From Candidatus Pyrohabitans jungbluthii (GTDB lineage: Archaea > Hydrothermarchaeota > Hydrothermarchaeia > Hydrothermarchaeales > BMS3B), in contig MTMD02000002.1 of assembly GCA_002010065.2 (NCBI GenBank), forward strand, positions 1 through 64,000: DNA of 64,000 nucleotides. Direction: 5' to 3'. The notes beneath the pieces were generated by a model. The model did no database searches. It was not told where the DNA came from and worked only from the letters and a program-made list of their open reading frames with translations. Made by a program: the position numbers and the translations under genes. Position 1 is the stretch's first letter, and every line of letters begins with the position of its first letter. This document shows, in pieces, positions 1 to 9,447 of the stretch.

Positions 1-1
1 G

Positions 2-145
2 CTGATAGGCGACCGCCTGGATACCGACATAGCCATGGGCAAGGCGCTGGGGATGCGCACAGCCCTCGTGCTTACGGGCGCAACTAAGCGCGAGGACGTG
101 GATAAGAGCAGAATAAAGCCAGATTATGTGCTGGACAGGCTTTAG
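2..145 (+). CDS. HAD-IIA (NagD-like) hydrolase, C-terminal fragment (gene starts before window)
   Basis: Manual translation LIGDRLDTDIAMGKALGMRTALVLTGATKREDVDKSRIKPDYVLDRL*; GDRLDTDI and LVLTG are HAD-IIA motifs. Confidence 0.85.
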   Translation: MIGDRLDTDIAMGKALGMRTALVLTGATKREDVDKSRIKPDYVLDRL

Positions 146-375
146 TGAGTTTCCACCTTGAGTATCTCACCCTCGTCATTTATCTCCATCTCAAAGGGCA
201 CGCGCTCAGTCTCAAAGAGCCCTTTCCACAGCTCAGCCTCGCCTCTCACAAGCCAAGCCTCGCCGTGCTTCGCCACGATGCCATAGCCCACGCCCATGAC
301 ATTTTTTAAATTCCTGTGCACCCATGTGTCGGCTATGGTCTCAGCGTCCTTGGGAATGACAATTTTCTCCGCCAT
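142..375 (-). CDS. Hypothetical protein, 77 aa
   Basis: ATG ORF with host-like codon use, stop overlaps the HAD stop, TATA-like element upstream. Confidence 0.6.
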   Translation of the reverse strand: MAEKIVIPKDAETIADTWVHRNLKNVMGVGYGIVAKHGEAWLVRGEAELWKGLFETERVPFEMEINDEGEILKVETH

Positions 376-492
376 GCTGGTAAGGTAATGCTGAAGGAGG
401 ATATAAGGTTTGCGATGCGCTTAGCACGCTCCATATATATAAGCGCCGTTAACTTTGTATTAAAATGATAGCAATTTAATACGGTGGCAGAA

Positions 493-795
493 ATGGGCGT
501 TACAATAACCACGAGGGTGCCTGAGGAGATGGATAAGGAAATTGCTCGCATCGCCAGGGAGGAGAAGCTGGATAAGTCGGCAGTCATAAGACGTCTTCTC
601 AGCGAGGCTATAGAGAGGTGGCGAATCGAGAGGGCTTTAAAGGAGTACAGGGAGGGGAATATAACCCTCGCAAAGGCAGCGCGAATGGCAGGAGTATCTC
701 TGAGAAAGATGATGCGGATCGCCGCTGAGGCGGGAGTACCCTTTCAGTACTCTGTGGAGGAACTCAGAAGGGACTACGAGGCTGCCCGGGAATGA
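493..795 (+). CDS. UPF0175-family antitoxin (RHH + HTH)
   Basis: ITTRVPEE RHH start and EYREGNITLAKAARMAGVS motif; ATGA overlap with PIN gene; ATG 493 follows GGTGG. Confidence 0.8.
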   Translation: MGVTITTRVPEEMDKEIARIAREEKLDKSAVIRRLLSEAIERWRIERALKEYREGNITLAKAARMAGVSLRKMMRIAAEAGVPFQYSVEELRRDYEAARE

Positions 796-1298
796 TTGTG
801 AGCAACTCCACACCCCTGATATACCTCGCCAAGCTGAATAAGCTATACCTGCTCAGGGAATTCTTCGCTGAGGTTTACATTCCGCGAGAAGTTTACAGAG
901 AGGTGGTGGTGAGGGGGAAAGAGGAGGGTTATGCGGATGCTCTGCTGGTGGAGGAAGCGATTAAAGAGGGCTGGATACGCGTGGAGAACGCTCCCTTAAT
1001 GAAGAAGCTGGAGGAGTATGGCATCGACAGGGGCGAGGCTGAGGCGATATCCCTCGCCCTGAAATTGAAATCCAGAGAGATACTTATCGACCAGAGCCAT
1101 GCAAGGTTCGCTGCAGAAGTCGTCGGGCTCATCCCCAGGGGTACTCTGTTTGTGCTGCTGAAGGCCTTAAGAATGAATTTCCTGACCTTCGAGGATTATC
1201 TTGAGCATCTCGAGGCACTGGTGAGAGCGAACTTCAGGATGAGCGATGAGGTTTACATAGAGGCTGTGAGGCTGGGCAGGGAGCTGGCGGAAAAGTAG
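792..1298 (+). CDS. PIN-domain (DUF3368/VapC-like) toxin
   Basis: IVSNSTPLIYLAK, DRGEAEAISLA, LID and GTL motifs. Confidence 0.85.
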   Translation: MIVSNSTPLIYLAKLNKLYLLREFFAEVYIPREVYREVVVRGKEEGYADALLVEEAIKEGWIRVENAPLMKKLEEYGIDRGEAEAISLALKLKSREILIDQSHARFAAEVVGLIPRGTLFVLLKALRMNFLTFEDYLEHLEALVRANFRMSDEVYIEAVRLGRELAEK

Positions 1299-1352
1299 AG
1301 TAACTTATCCATGTTGTGAAGTGTTTTATTTCTATCACGCAGTAACTCCTCC

Positions 1353-3935
1353 TCAACTTTTTCCTTTTCTAAATGCTTCTTCCTCTGTAAGAATTTTAAT
1401 AGTACATTCGTTATTCCTAATTATATTTTTGAGGTCTTTCCTCACACCTATATCATCAACATTGCCTGAGCAGGTGTTGTTTTCTATTATATTCCCTGCA
1501 GAATACTCTGTTACTCTAATTGCATATCTATTATTTTCAATCAAGTTGTGTGCAATAGTATTCCCATAAGACTTGTATGTAAGAAATATTCCATCAAGTT
1601 TGTTGTTTTTAACAGAACAGCCTTTTACGGTAATGTTGCTTGCTTCCATCCTTATACCAGCGGTGTTGTCACTTGTTGTGCAGTTAGAGATAACAAAGTT
1701 CTCGCTATTGGAGATACATATCCCTACCAGCTCATTGAAGCTTGTTGTGCAATTTTCGATAACTCCATTGACTGACAGGAAGGGGTAGATACCCCCTGTA
1801 TTATAGTTAGCTATGCAGTTGCGGAGTGTCATATTCTCTACACCCAAGACGAAAAAACCATCAATATGATTGTTTTTAGCTGTGCAGTTGACTATCAGTA
1901 GATTTGAGGAAAAAATTTTCGGCATGGGGCATTTTTCCGGAGCTTCCATCATAGTTGGACACTCCACTTTTTCCCCAGCCGTTAAGCCATTGTCGTTTCC
2001 ATTCAGCACGCAGTTTTCAATCACAACATCTGAGAATGAAGAGATAAAGATTCCATCCCCAGCATTTCCCTCAGCAACAATATTCTCTAGCTTCACATCC
2101 CTTACATTCTCTAAATGAATTCCTTTCCCCCATCCTACAACCTTTATGTTTTTGATGGTCAAATTTTTGATGTTCTCAGCAAATATTCCAGCGCTTTTTT
2201 TGTGTTTATCCTCTTCCAATTTACCTTCTTTACCTTTCAAGGCAAATCCATTACCATCAACAATCACATTGTCAGCGCTGATGGTTATGCAGGTTTTAGA
2301 AGAGGAGAGGGCATTTGAAAGGACGTATACGCCTGGCTTTGTTATCTCTGTGCATGCGTTTATCTCCATTTCTTCTGTTTTAAGCCCCTCCTTATCTTTG
2401 GAAAATTCCACAATTTCCACATAAATTGGCGAGGCTGTGAGCATTACCTCATCAGCATCTACGATTTCCTCATTTCCATAGATGTCCGTAACCTTAACTT
2501 TTCCGTCAATAACTTCCGACAGCTTTCCCTCCCCCCAGAGCACATAGAGGGTTTTATTTCCTATCCTGAACTTGTAGTAGCCGTAGCTGGAAGTTATGCC
2601 TGCATCTTCTTCTTTGTTCTCCACATATTTCTGGTCAACGACCTCCACAGAGTCAAAGCGGTTGAGCTTCGCGACCAGGGTATCGTAAACTTTGAATGTG
2701 CTTTCGGATTTCCAGTTATCAGAGATGAAAAAGATTTTATCTGCCCCAAGAGCAAGGGATAAAACAGTAGCTCTAACTATAAGTCTGTTCATTTCTTCAG
2801 CACTAAGTTCTTTTTTCTTTTCCCATTCAAAGCCAAGAGAACCAAATTGAGCCTCTGTAATCCAGATGGGTTTCTCCACGCCGTGTTTCTTCAGGAATTT
2901 TTTAAATTTTAATACAAACATGTCTTCTCTTCTTTCATCGGTATCTATGCTGTGAATATTTGCTATATCAAAATAATTTCCTGCCTCGCTCATTATTGGA
3001 TCCCAGAATTCCACAAACTGCTCATGCATGCCGGCCATCCCGGCCATCAAAACTTTTGCCTCCGGGTCAGCTTCCTTTATGGTGTGGTAGCTTGCTTTGA
3101 GAATTTCAAGGTATTCTTCAGGGGTGCCGTAGAAGAACTTGAGTCCGCTGGGGTCTTTTCCCTGCATTCCCGGCTCGTTCATTATCTCCCAGTATTTTAC
3201 CGGATAAACTAATCCCGGCATGTCGTCAACGCCATCTCCATCGTAACGCTCCACAAACTTTTTCAAAAATTCTTTATAATCTTCCATGCTACAGGGTTTC
3301 CCCACTTTAATTATCATCTCGCCTCCAGGGGGCGGTGAAGGTGGCGGTGGTGGTGAAAGAGGCATCCCCCGGTGGTATTCCTCGTCCCCGGGCATCGGCA
3401 TTTTTCCGTAATACTCTATGCCTCCCGGTGGCATGGACATTTTCCCCAAAAACTCCTCTACAACACCAGGCATGGGTATCCTTCCATAGTATTCATCTCC
3501 ATGACATTTATCCTGGTCCCATTCGGCAAAAGGCATTATTGTTATGAGAAGCAAAATGCCTTCTTCCCCCGCTTTTCTTATCACGTGGTCACTGTAGCCG
3601 AAGTCATAAACATCATATTCTTTCTCCACTTCCCCCCAAGTAATCCACCACCTGACCCAGTGAGCATTCTTTGACATTCCTTCTCTGGAAAAGTGGGTCT
3701 TTTCGAGCTCCGAAAACGTCTCCTCAGGCATATTAATGCCCGGGAAACTCGGATTTATGGCCTCCTCCTGCGATGCATTAGTCTGCACTTTTTCCTTAAA
3801 CTCAACGACTTTTTCTCCGGTTTTTACACATCCGGATAAAAGTATTACTAGAATTAGAACTGTTATAATTATGCGATTCAGAATATCCTTTGCTTCACCG
3901 TATCGTGCATTCTCACGAATTAATACGCAAGACAT
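1353..3935 (-). CDS. Lipoprotein with clan GH-A-like glycoside hydrolase domain and C-terminal NosD/right-handed beta-helix
   Basis: Hydrophobic stretch + LLSGC lipobox; YWEIMNEP and PIWITE catalytic-type motifs; GI(F/Y/H)...N beta-helix repeats; true start probably downstream of 3935; AT-richer than flanks. Confidence 0.75.
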   Translation of the reverse strand: MSCVLIRENARYGEAKDILNRIIITVLILVILLSGCVKTGEKVVEFKEKVQTNASQEEAINPSFPGINMPEETFSELEKTHFSREGMSKNAHWVRWWITWGEVEKEYDVYDFGYSDHVIRKAGEEGILLLITIMPFAEWDQDKCHGDEYYGRIPMPGVVEEFLGKMSMPPGGIEYYGKMPMPGDEEYHRGMPLSPPPPPSPPPGGEMIIKVGKPCSMEDYKEFLKKFVERYDGDGVDDMPGLVYPVKYWEIMNEPGMQGKDPSGLKFFYGTPEEYLEILKASYHTIKEADPEAKVLMAGMAGMHEQFVEFWDPIMSEAGNYFDIANIHSIDTDERREDMFVLKFKKFLKKHGVEKPIWITEAQFGSLGFEWEKKKELSAEEMNRLIVRATVLSLALGADKIFFISDNWKSESTFKVYDTLVAKLNRFDSVEVVDQKYVENKEEDAGITSSYGYYKFRIGNKTLYVLWGEGKLSEVIDGKVKVTDIYGNEEIVDADEVMLTASPIYVEIVEFSKDKEGLKTEEMEINACTEITKPGVYVLSNALSSSKTCITISADNVIVDGNGFALKGKEGKLEEDKHKKSAGIFAENIKNLTIKNIKVVGWGKGIHLENVRDVKLENIVAEGNAGDGIFISSFSDVVIENCVLNGNDNGLTAGEKVECPTMMEAPEKCPMPKIFSSNLLIVNCTAKNNHIDGFFVLGVENMTLRNCIANYNTGGIYPFLSVNGVIENCTTSFNELVGICISNSENFVISNCTTSDNTAGIRMEASNITVKGCSVKNNKLDGIFLTYKSYGNTIAHNLIENNRYAIRVTEYSAGNIIENNTCSGNVDDIGVRKDLKNIIRNNECTIKILTEEEAFRKGKS

Positions 3936-4003
3936 GCAAATCCCCCTATTATCCCCTGATTTACTATCGTGCTAGGAGATATAAATCCCTTTCGTCTCAG
4001 CAA

Positions 4004-5629
4004 CTAACCACCACTCCGCTCATTAGCAAGAAGCTGGCTCACTGCAAAGGCGTAGTTCGCATCCCAGCTTTTAACCTGAGAGGCAGTATAAGTGAGGGCG
4101 TCGCAGCCAGCAGGCATGCCGAAGCTTTCCGCTATTGCGTAAGCCTGGAGCACCATTATGCTCCCATCGCCAGCGAGGGTGTCATTTGCGTAAAGCACGC
4201 CGTAGTAGCCGCCGTCGCCGCGCTTCATAGTCTCGAGGAAGGCTATGCCCCTTTCGGCGCTCTCCTTAAATTTAAGCTTCTCCCCCAGGGGCGAGGCTGC
4301 ATACGCCGCAGCCACACCACTGAGAGCCATGCCCTGGTACCAGGAGCTAACCCTGCGCCATGAATAAATGGGCAGACGGTAGGGGCCGTCGTACCACGCC
4401 CCGCTGCGGAGCTGCATTCTCGCTAAGCCCTCGCCGATTTCCACGGCTTTCCTCCTGTAGCGTTGTGCCCTCGTGACGTCGCCCATCGCCTGCGCTGCCT
4501 CAGCCGCCCTTTCCAGACCCAGCGCTGCGAAGCCTATCGCATTTGGCTTCAAACCAAAGCTGTAGCCGAAAAATGTTAGAAGCTCTGCCTTGCGCAGCAA
4601 AGCATCTCCTGCTTGCGTTATGCTCCTCTCCACCCTCTCGCCTGAGAGAACCCCTGTGGTATACGCCTGGGAGAGTGCCCACGTGGCGACGGCGCTCTCA
4701 AGAAGCGCATAGCTCGACGTTGCCTCGCCCTCTGCTTCATCCCAGCTTCCGTCGCCGCGCTGCTCTCTGAGCAGGTATTGCGCATGCCTCGAAGCTATGG
4801 CGAGGTACCTCTCCTCCCCGGTGGCGTGGTACATGTTCGCAGCGTAAAGAAGCGCATATGCGTTGCGCTTGACTCCGTGCACCTCTGCGGGAGGCTCCAT
4901 GCGCTGCGCTTCCTGGAGCAGCAGTGCCCTGTTCTCGCAGCCCCTCTTCCTCACCTCAAACCCTGCCCAGGAGATGAACTCCTCTAAAAACTCCAGGGAT
5001 TCGTTATTAAGGTAAGCCATGTGGATGCTGAGGCGGTAAACCTCGCTTCTCGTGGCGAGCAGAGAAAGCTTTGCCAGAGGCATAATAAACCTCTGCCCCT
5101 TCCCCAGGGTGAACTCCCGCGTAACGTAAGGCAGGGTGCGATTCCCCGAGACTATCTTATCAAAGAGGTACACCTCTGGAAACTCCGCTGTGAGCACAGC
5201 GTAGCTGGCAGGCGTTACTAGGTAGCGGGGTGGGTAGAATATGGGTGGCGAGAAGCCAGCTTTTCCAAACTCGCCCTTAATCTCCTTCACGCGCCTCTCC
5301 GCGTCCTCACGGGATGTAAAAAGCTCAAATCCCTCATGCGTAAACCCATGCGCCCCTATGGTTGCGCCTCTCGTTTCAGCCTGTTTTAAAAATAAGATAA
5401 ACTCGGGATAATCACTTATCGCCTCCCTGCCGGAGCGATTCGGTATAACAAGTAGCACAACCCGCTCCGCACGCGAGTCGAGGAGCTGGAGAAGCCTATC
5501 AAGATTGTGCAGGGCGTAGCCCGGGGATACATCGTGCACCTCCACCCAGAGCGTGGGGTGAGGTTTCTCGTAGCTTTGCGCTGCCACAACGATGAGCGCT
5601 ATGGCAAATAGGAGCAGCGGGATGCGCAT
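4004..5629 (-). CDS. Secreted DUF2334/polysaccharide-deacetylase-like protein with C-terminal alpha/alpha toroid domain
   Basis: Signal peptide; VEVHDVSP, HGFTH, FYPP, RLSIH motifs; QRGDGSW and QLRSGAW repeats. Confidence 0.7.
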   Translation of the reverse strand: MRIPLLLFAIALIVVAAQSYEKPHPTLWVEVHDVSPGYALHNLDRLLQLLDSRAERVVLLVIPNRSGREAISDYPEFILFLKQAETRGATIGAHGFTHEGFELFTSREDAERRVKEIKGEFGKAGFSPPIFYPPRYLVTPASYAVLTAEFPEVYLFDKIVSGNRTLPYVTREFTLGKGQRFIMPLAKLSLLATRSEVYRLSIHMAYLNNESLEFLEEFISWAGFEVRKRGCENRALLLQEAQRMEPPAEVHGVKRNAYALLYAANMYHATGEERYLAIASRHAQYLLREQRGDGSWDEAEGEATSSYALLESAVATWALSQAYTTGVLSGERVERSITQAGDALLRKAELLTFFGYSFGLKPNAIGFAALGLERAAEAAQAMGDVTRAQRYRRKAVEIGEGLARMQLRSGAWYDGPYRLPIYSWRRVSSWYQGMALSGVAAAYAASPLGEKLKFKESAERGIAFLETMKRGDGGYYGVLYANDTLAGDGSIMVLQAYAIAESFGMPAGCDALTYTASQVKSWDANYAFAVSQLLANERSGG

Positions 5630-5714
5630 GCATTACCCTTGCCTCCGGCAACTTTAACCCTTTCTGCCAAAAACTATATATGCTAAGCGCGTGCTTTTAA
5701 ACACGGTGAATGGC

Positions 5715-6038
5715 ATGGCAGGAAAGGTCTTGACCGCTACTGACGATAACTTCGAGAGCATGGTGAAGGAACACCCTCTCATTCTTGTGGACTTCTGGGC
5801 GGCGTGGTGCTTCCCATGCAAGATGGTGGCTCCCACCATAGAGGAGCTGGCAGAGGAATTTGAGGGGAAGGTTGCATTTGCAAAGCTGAATGTGGATGAA
5901 AATCCCAAAACTGCGATGAGGTTTGGAATAACAAGTATACCAACGCTGATACTCTTCAAGGACGGCGAGGTGGTTGAGAAGGTCATTGGAGCCGTGCCCA
6001 AGGAGCACTTGGCTTCGAAGATAAAAGCCCACCTCTAG
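5715..6038 (+). CDS. trxA: Thioredoxin
   Basis: VDFWAAWCFPC, KLNVDENP, SIPTL. Confidence 0.92.
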   Translation: MAGKVLTATDDNFESMVKEHPLILVDFWAAWCFPCKMVAPTIEELAEEFEGKVAFAKLNVDENPKTAMRFGITSIPTLILFKDGEVVEKVIGAVPKEHLASKIKAHL

Positions 6039-6928
6039 AGCTTCTGAATTTTTGCCACAAAGAAACCCTGCGAGTGGTGCTCCCAGGGATAAAATCTCCT
6101 CGCTTTCTTAATTTGCTTATCCAAGGGCATACCATAAGGTTTGCGAAGCGCCGGTGAGCCGTGCTTTATCTTGAGAAGCCTGGCATCTCTGTTCTCCAGC
6201 ACCTCCTGCACCAAAAGCTCATTCTCCTCTGGTAGGAGGCTGCATGTTGAATAAACAAGCACACCCCCTGGCCTAAGAACCTCGTAAACGGCGTTTATGA
6301 GAGCGCGCTGAAGTGGCAGGAGTACCTCCAAGTCCTTCTCATCCTTGGTGAGCGCCTCCCTGGCTTTATGAGCAGTGCCAGTGCCGGTGCATGGAGCATC
6401 GAGGAGGACGCGGTCAAAGCTCAGCCCCAGTTTGGCAACGTCGCGGGTATCCATCCTTATTATTATGGTGTTCTCCACTCCCATTCTCGTTACGCTCGCG
6501 CGCAGTGCTTTAACTCGCTGTCTGTTCACTTCTATTGCGACGACGCAGCCCTGGTTGCGCATAAGCTGCGCTATGTAGGTGGTCTTGCCCCCTGGAGCAG
6601 CGGCAGCGTCGAGCACGAGCTCATTGGCTCTAGGCTCGAGAGCCTCGCACGCGTACATCGAGGCAGGGTCCTGAAGGTAGTAGTAGCCGAGGAGGTATTC
6701 GGGCGTAGCTCCTGGCGAGAAAGGTGCCTCGCGGATAAAGTAGCCGTACTTGACCCAGGGTATCTTTTCCAGCACGAAGCCGCGCTCTTCCAAGCGCGCC
6801 ACCAGCTCATCTTCGGTAATGCGCAGCGTATTTACGCGTAGCGCCTGTGGTAGCGCGCGAGTGAGCATCTCCTCTGTAAGCCCTGGAAAGAGCCTGCTGT
6901 AGCGCTGCTCAAGAAACTGCGAGAGCAT
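6035..6928 (-). CDS. RsmB/NOP2-family RNA m5C methyltransferase
   Basis: AAPGGKT, LLDAPCTG, YSTCS motifs. Confidence 0.92.
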   Translation of the reverse strand: MLSQFLEQRYSRLFPGLTEEMLTRALPQALRVNTLRITEDELVARLEERGFVLEKIPWVKYGYFIREAPFSPGATPEYLLGYYYLQDPASMYACEALEPRANELVLDAAAAPGGKTTYIAQLMRNQGCVVAIEVNRQRVKALRASVTRMGVENTIIIRMDTRDVAKLGLSFDRVLLDAPCTGTGTAHKAREALTKDEKDLEVLLPLQRALINAVYEVLRPGGVLVYSTCSLLPEENELLVQEVLENRDARLLKIKHGSPALRKPYGMPLDKQIKKARRFYPWEHHSQGFFVAKIQKL

Positions 6929-6964
6929 GAAAAAAGATTTATCGCGGGCAATATAACTATTGGC

Positions 6965-7489
6965 ATGCTCGAGATTGAGATAAAGGCTCGTGTGCCCAGC
7001 TTAGAGGCGATAGAGGCAAGGCTCCGCGAGAGGGGTGCGCGCTACCTTGGGGAGGAGGAGCAGGTTGACGCGTACTTTAATCACCCGTGCAGGGATTTTG
7101 CAGCTACCGACGAGGCGCTTCGCCTGAGAAGGGCCCGTGGCAGGGTTATCCTCACATATAAAGGGAAGAAGCTGGACGCTGTGACAAAGACGCGGGAGGA
7201 GTTGAGTGTTGGTGTGGATGACTACGAGGCTGCAAAGCAGATACTGCTCAGACTGGGCTTTGTGGAGGTTGCCCAGGTTAAAAAGCTCAGGCGTAGGTAT
7301 AGCCTAGGCGACTATCTTGTGGAGCTGGACAGCGTAGCCAATTTGGGAGCCTTCGTTGAGGTGGAGAAGAAAGGCGAGGCGTATTCTCCAGAGGAGCTTG
7401 TGGCATTTTTAGCCTCGCTGGGCATAGGTAGAGAGGCAGTAGAGAGGCGCTCTTACCTGGAGCTTCTGCTAGGTGAAGGCGATGGTTAG
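6965..7489 (+). CDS. cyaB: CYTH/class IV adenylate cyclase-family protein
   Basis: EIEIK, DEALRLR, FVEVE, SYLEL. Confidence 0.85.
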   Translation: MLEIEIKARVPSLEAIEARLRERGARYLGEEEQVDAYFNHPCRDFAATDEALRLRRARGRVILTYKGKKLDAVTKTREELSVGVDDYEAAKQILLRLGFVEVAQVKKLRRRYSLGDYLVELDSVANLGAFVEVEKKGEAYSPEELVAFLASLGIGREAVERRSYLELLLGEGDG

Positions 7490-8417
7490 GGTTACCACAC
7501 CCTCGCGGGTGCATATGACGCTCATAGACCTCAATGGCGCGCTGGGACGCGTAGATGGCGGCATAGGCTTTGCGCTCCGCTCGCCGGGGATGGTCGTCGA
7601 AGTGGAGCGCAGCAGAAGCTTGAGCGTAAAGGGAGAGCTTGCGGAGCGCGCCCTTGCAGCGGCGAAGCGCGTGCTCGAGGCTTACTCTCTACCAGGGGCT
7701 GAGATTAAGGTGCTGAAAGGCTATCCCCAGCACGTGGGCTTAGGCTCGGGTACACAGCTCTCCTTAGCCGTGGCTACGGGTATATGCAGAGCTTATGACA
7801 TCTCTGCGAGCGTGCGGGAGCTTGCCCGCATAGTGGGCAGGGGTGGTACTTCTGGAATAGGCGTGGCTGCCTTTGAGGGGGGAGGCTTCATCCTGGATGG
7901 CGGGCATTCTAAGCAGGAGAAGCCTGAGTTTCTGCCCTCCTCGGCGAGCAGGGCAAAGCCAGCGCCTCTTGTGATGCGCCACGATTTTCCAGACTGGGAC
8001 GTTGCGCTGGTGCTTCCTGAGCCTAAACGGCGAGTTTCCGGCGAACGAGAGGTGAACATCTTCCAGCGTTTCTGCCCTATTCCGATTAACCAGGTGGAGC
8101 GCCTTAGTCATGTGATTTTAATGAAGCTTCTGCCCGCGCTGGTGGAGGAAGATATAGCAGCCTTCGGCGAGGCTGTGAATGCGGTGCAGAGCCTTGGCTT
8201 TAAGGAGATCGAGGTTATGCTTCAGGCGCCGAACGTTAGGGAGATACTCGCGCTGTGCCAGAGGCTGAGCTACGGCGCGGGCTTGAGCAGCTTTGGCCCT
8301 GTGATTTACGCCTTCCCCAGGGATGCAAAGGAGTTTCTTAGGGCTATGCGCTCTCGCAGCGATGTGCGCAGGGTTTGGCTTACAAAGGCGGACAACGAAG
8401 GAGCGAGAGTGGAATGA
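7482..8417 (+). CDS. mptG: beta-RFA-P synthase (methanopterin biosynthesis, GHMP family)
   Basis: PSRVHMTLIDLNG, HVGLGSGTQ, RGGTSGIG, SSFGP. Confidence 0.9.
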   Translation: MVRVTTPSRVHMTLIDLNGALGRVDGGIGFALRSPGMVVEVERSRSLSVKGELAERALAAAKRVLEAYSLPGAEIKVLKGYPQHVGLGSGTQLSLAVATGICRAYDISASVRELARIVGRGGTSGIGVAAFEGGGFILDGGHSKQEKPEFLPSSASRAKPAPLVMRHDFPDWDVALVLPEPKRRVSGEREVNIFQRFCPIPINQVERLSHVILMKLLPALVEEDIAAFGEAVNAVQSLGFKEIEVMLQAPNVREILALCQRLSYGAGLSSFGPVIYAFPRDAKEFLRAMRSRSDVRRVWLTKADNEGARVE

Positions 8418-9163
8418 TTCTGGGCAGGTTTCGCTACGGTAAGCGCGTGTTGCAGGGCATTGTGGAAGACAACGAGGTAATGGTCACCTCTGGCAAGCTA
8501 AAAGGCAGGCGGATTGCCCTGGAAAGGCTCAGAGTGCTCACCCCTTCTCGTCCTACTAAGATTGTTTGCGTGGGTTTGAACTACAAGGACCACGCGGCAG
8601 AGCTTGGCATGCCTCTGCCCAGCGAACCCGTGCTATTTCTTAAGCCGCCCAGCGCCGCCCTTGCTCATCGTGAGGCAATAGTTTACCCTTCTATGGCGAA
8701 GCGCGTTGATTATGAGGCGGAGCTTGGCGTTGTGATCTCGCGCAGGTGCAGGAATGTCTCCGCAAAAGAGGTGGAGCGCTTTATTCTGGGCTATACATGC
8801 TTCAACGACGTTACAGCGCGCGACCTTCAGCAGAGGGACGGGCAGTGGACGCGTGCTAAGAGCTTCGATACCTTTGCCCCCTTTGGTCCCTACGTGGTTA
8901 CGCCCGATGAAGTGGACGTGGCTCAGCTCGAGGTCAAACTTTACCTGAACCGCAGGCTCAAGCAGCGGGGCTCAACGAAAAACATGATATTTCCGGTGGA
9001 GGAGCTTATCTCTTTCATCTCCCGCATAATGACGCTGGAGCGGGGTGATGTTATTGCCACAGGTACGCCCCCCGGCGTAGGGCCAATGAAGCCGGGAGAT
9101 GAGGTTGTAGTGGAGATTCCGCAGGTGGGGAGGTTGGTGAATAGGGTGACGGAAGCGAAGTAG
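8414..9163 (+). CDS. Fumarylacetoacetate hydrolase family protein
   Basis: KIVCVGLNY, DYEAEL, NDVTARD, KSFDTF, TGTP. Confidence 0.92.
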   Translation: MILGRFRYGKRVLQGIVEDNEVMVTSGKLKGRRIALERLRVLTPSRPTKIVCVGLNYKDHAAELGMPLPSEPVLFLKPPSAALAHREAIVYPSMAKRVDYEAELGVVISRRCRNVSAKEVERFILGYTCFNDVTARDLQQRDGQWTRAKSFDTFAPFGPYVVTPDEVDVAQLEVKLYLNRRLKQRGSTKNMIFPVEELISFISRIMTLERGDVIATGTPPGVGPMKPGDEVVVEIPQVGRLVNRVTEAK

Positions 9164-9310
9164 CAGTCTAAGGTTCCTACATCTGGGGTTTCAAGCTTTG
9201 ATTGTTTGTTTATTGTCTGCCAATAAAATGGAAATTATCGGATGCTCATCAAAGTTTCAACCAACACATCCTAAGAGGTGAGAGAGGCGACGTAGCCAAG
9301 GTTCACAAAC

Positions 9311-9333
9311 AGGTGGGGGAGGCACCACCTTTT
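9311..9333 (+). terminator. Hairpin followed by T-run (putative terminator or RNA element)
   Basis: AGGTGG-N8-CCACCT then TTT. Confidence 0.35.
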
Positions 9334-9364
9334 AAACGAAACTTCACTTTTCCGCCGCGCAGGG

Positions 9365-9378
9365 GAAAGGTTTAAAAA
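9365..9378 (+). promoter_or_regulatory. BRE/TATA promoter of spoVG
   Basis: GAAAGG-TTTAAAAA about 25 nt before the structured leader. Confidence 0.6.
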
Positions 9379-9399
9379 CCTTCATGCCCTTTTTAATTA

Positions 9400-9447
9400 A
9401 ACCCCCGAGGGGGTTATACGGAACGAAGTTCCGGGCGACGAAAGTTG
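9400..9447 (+). ncRNA. Putative structured 5' leader of spoVG (three hairpins)
   Basis: AACCCC-CGAG-GGGGTT, CGGAAC-GAA-GTTCCG, CGAC-GAAA-GTTG. Confidence 0.45.

Noticed and set aside
421-450. TTAGCAC half of a CIRCE element
   Set aside because: No matching right arm and not near chaperone genes
9286-9340. tRNA gene or ZTP riboswitch
   Set aside because: Only a 15-nt 5'-like match; no T-arm or acceptor complement, and no pfl consensus
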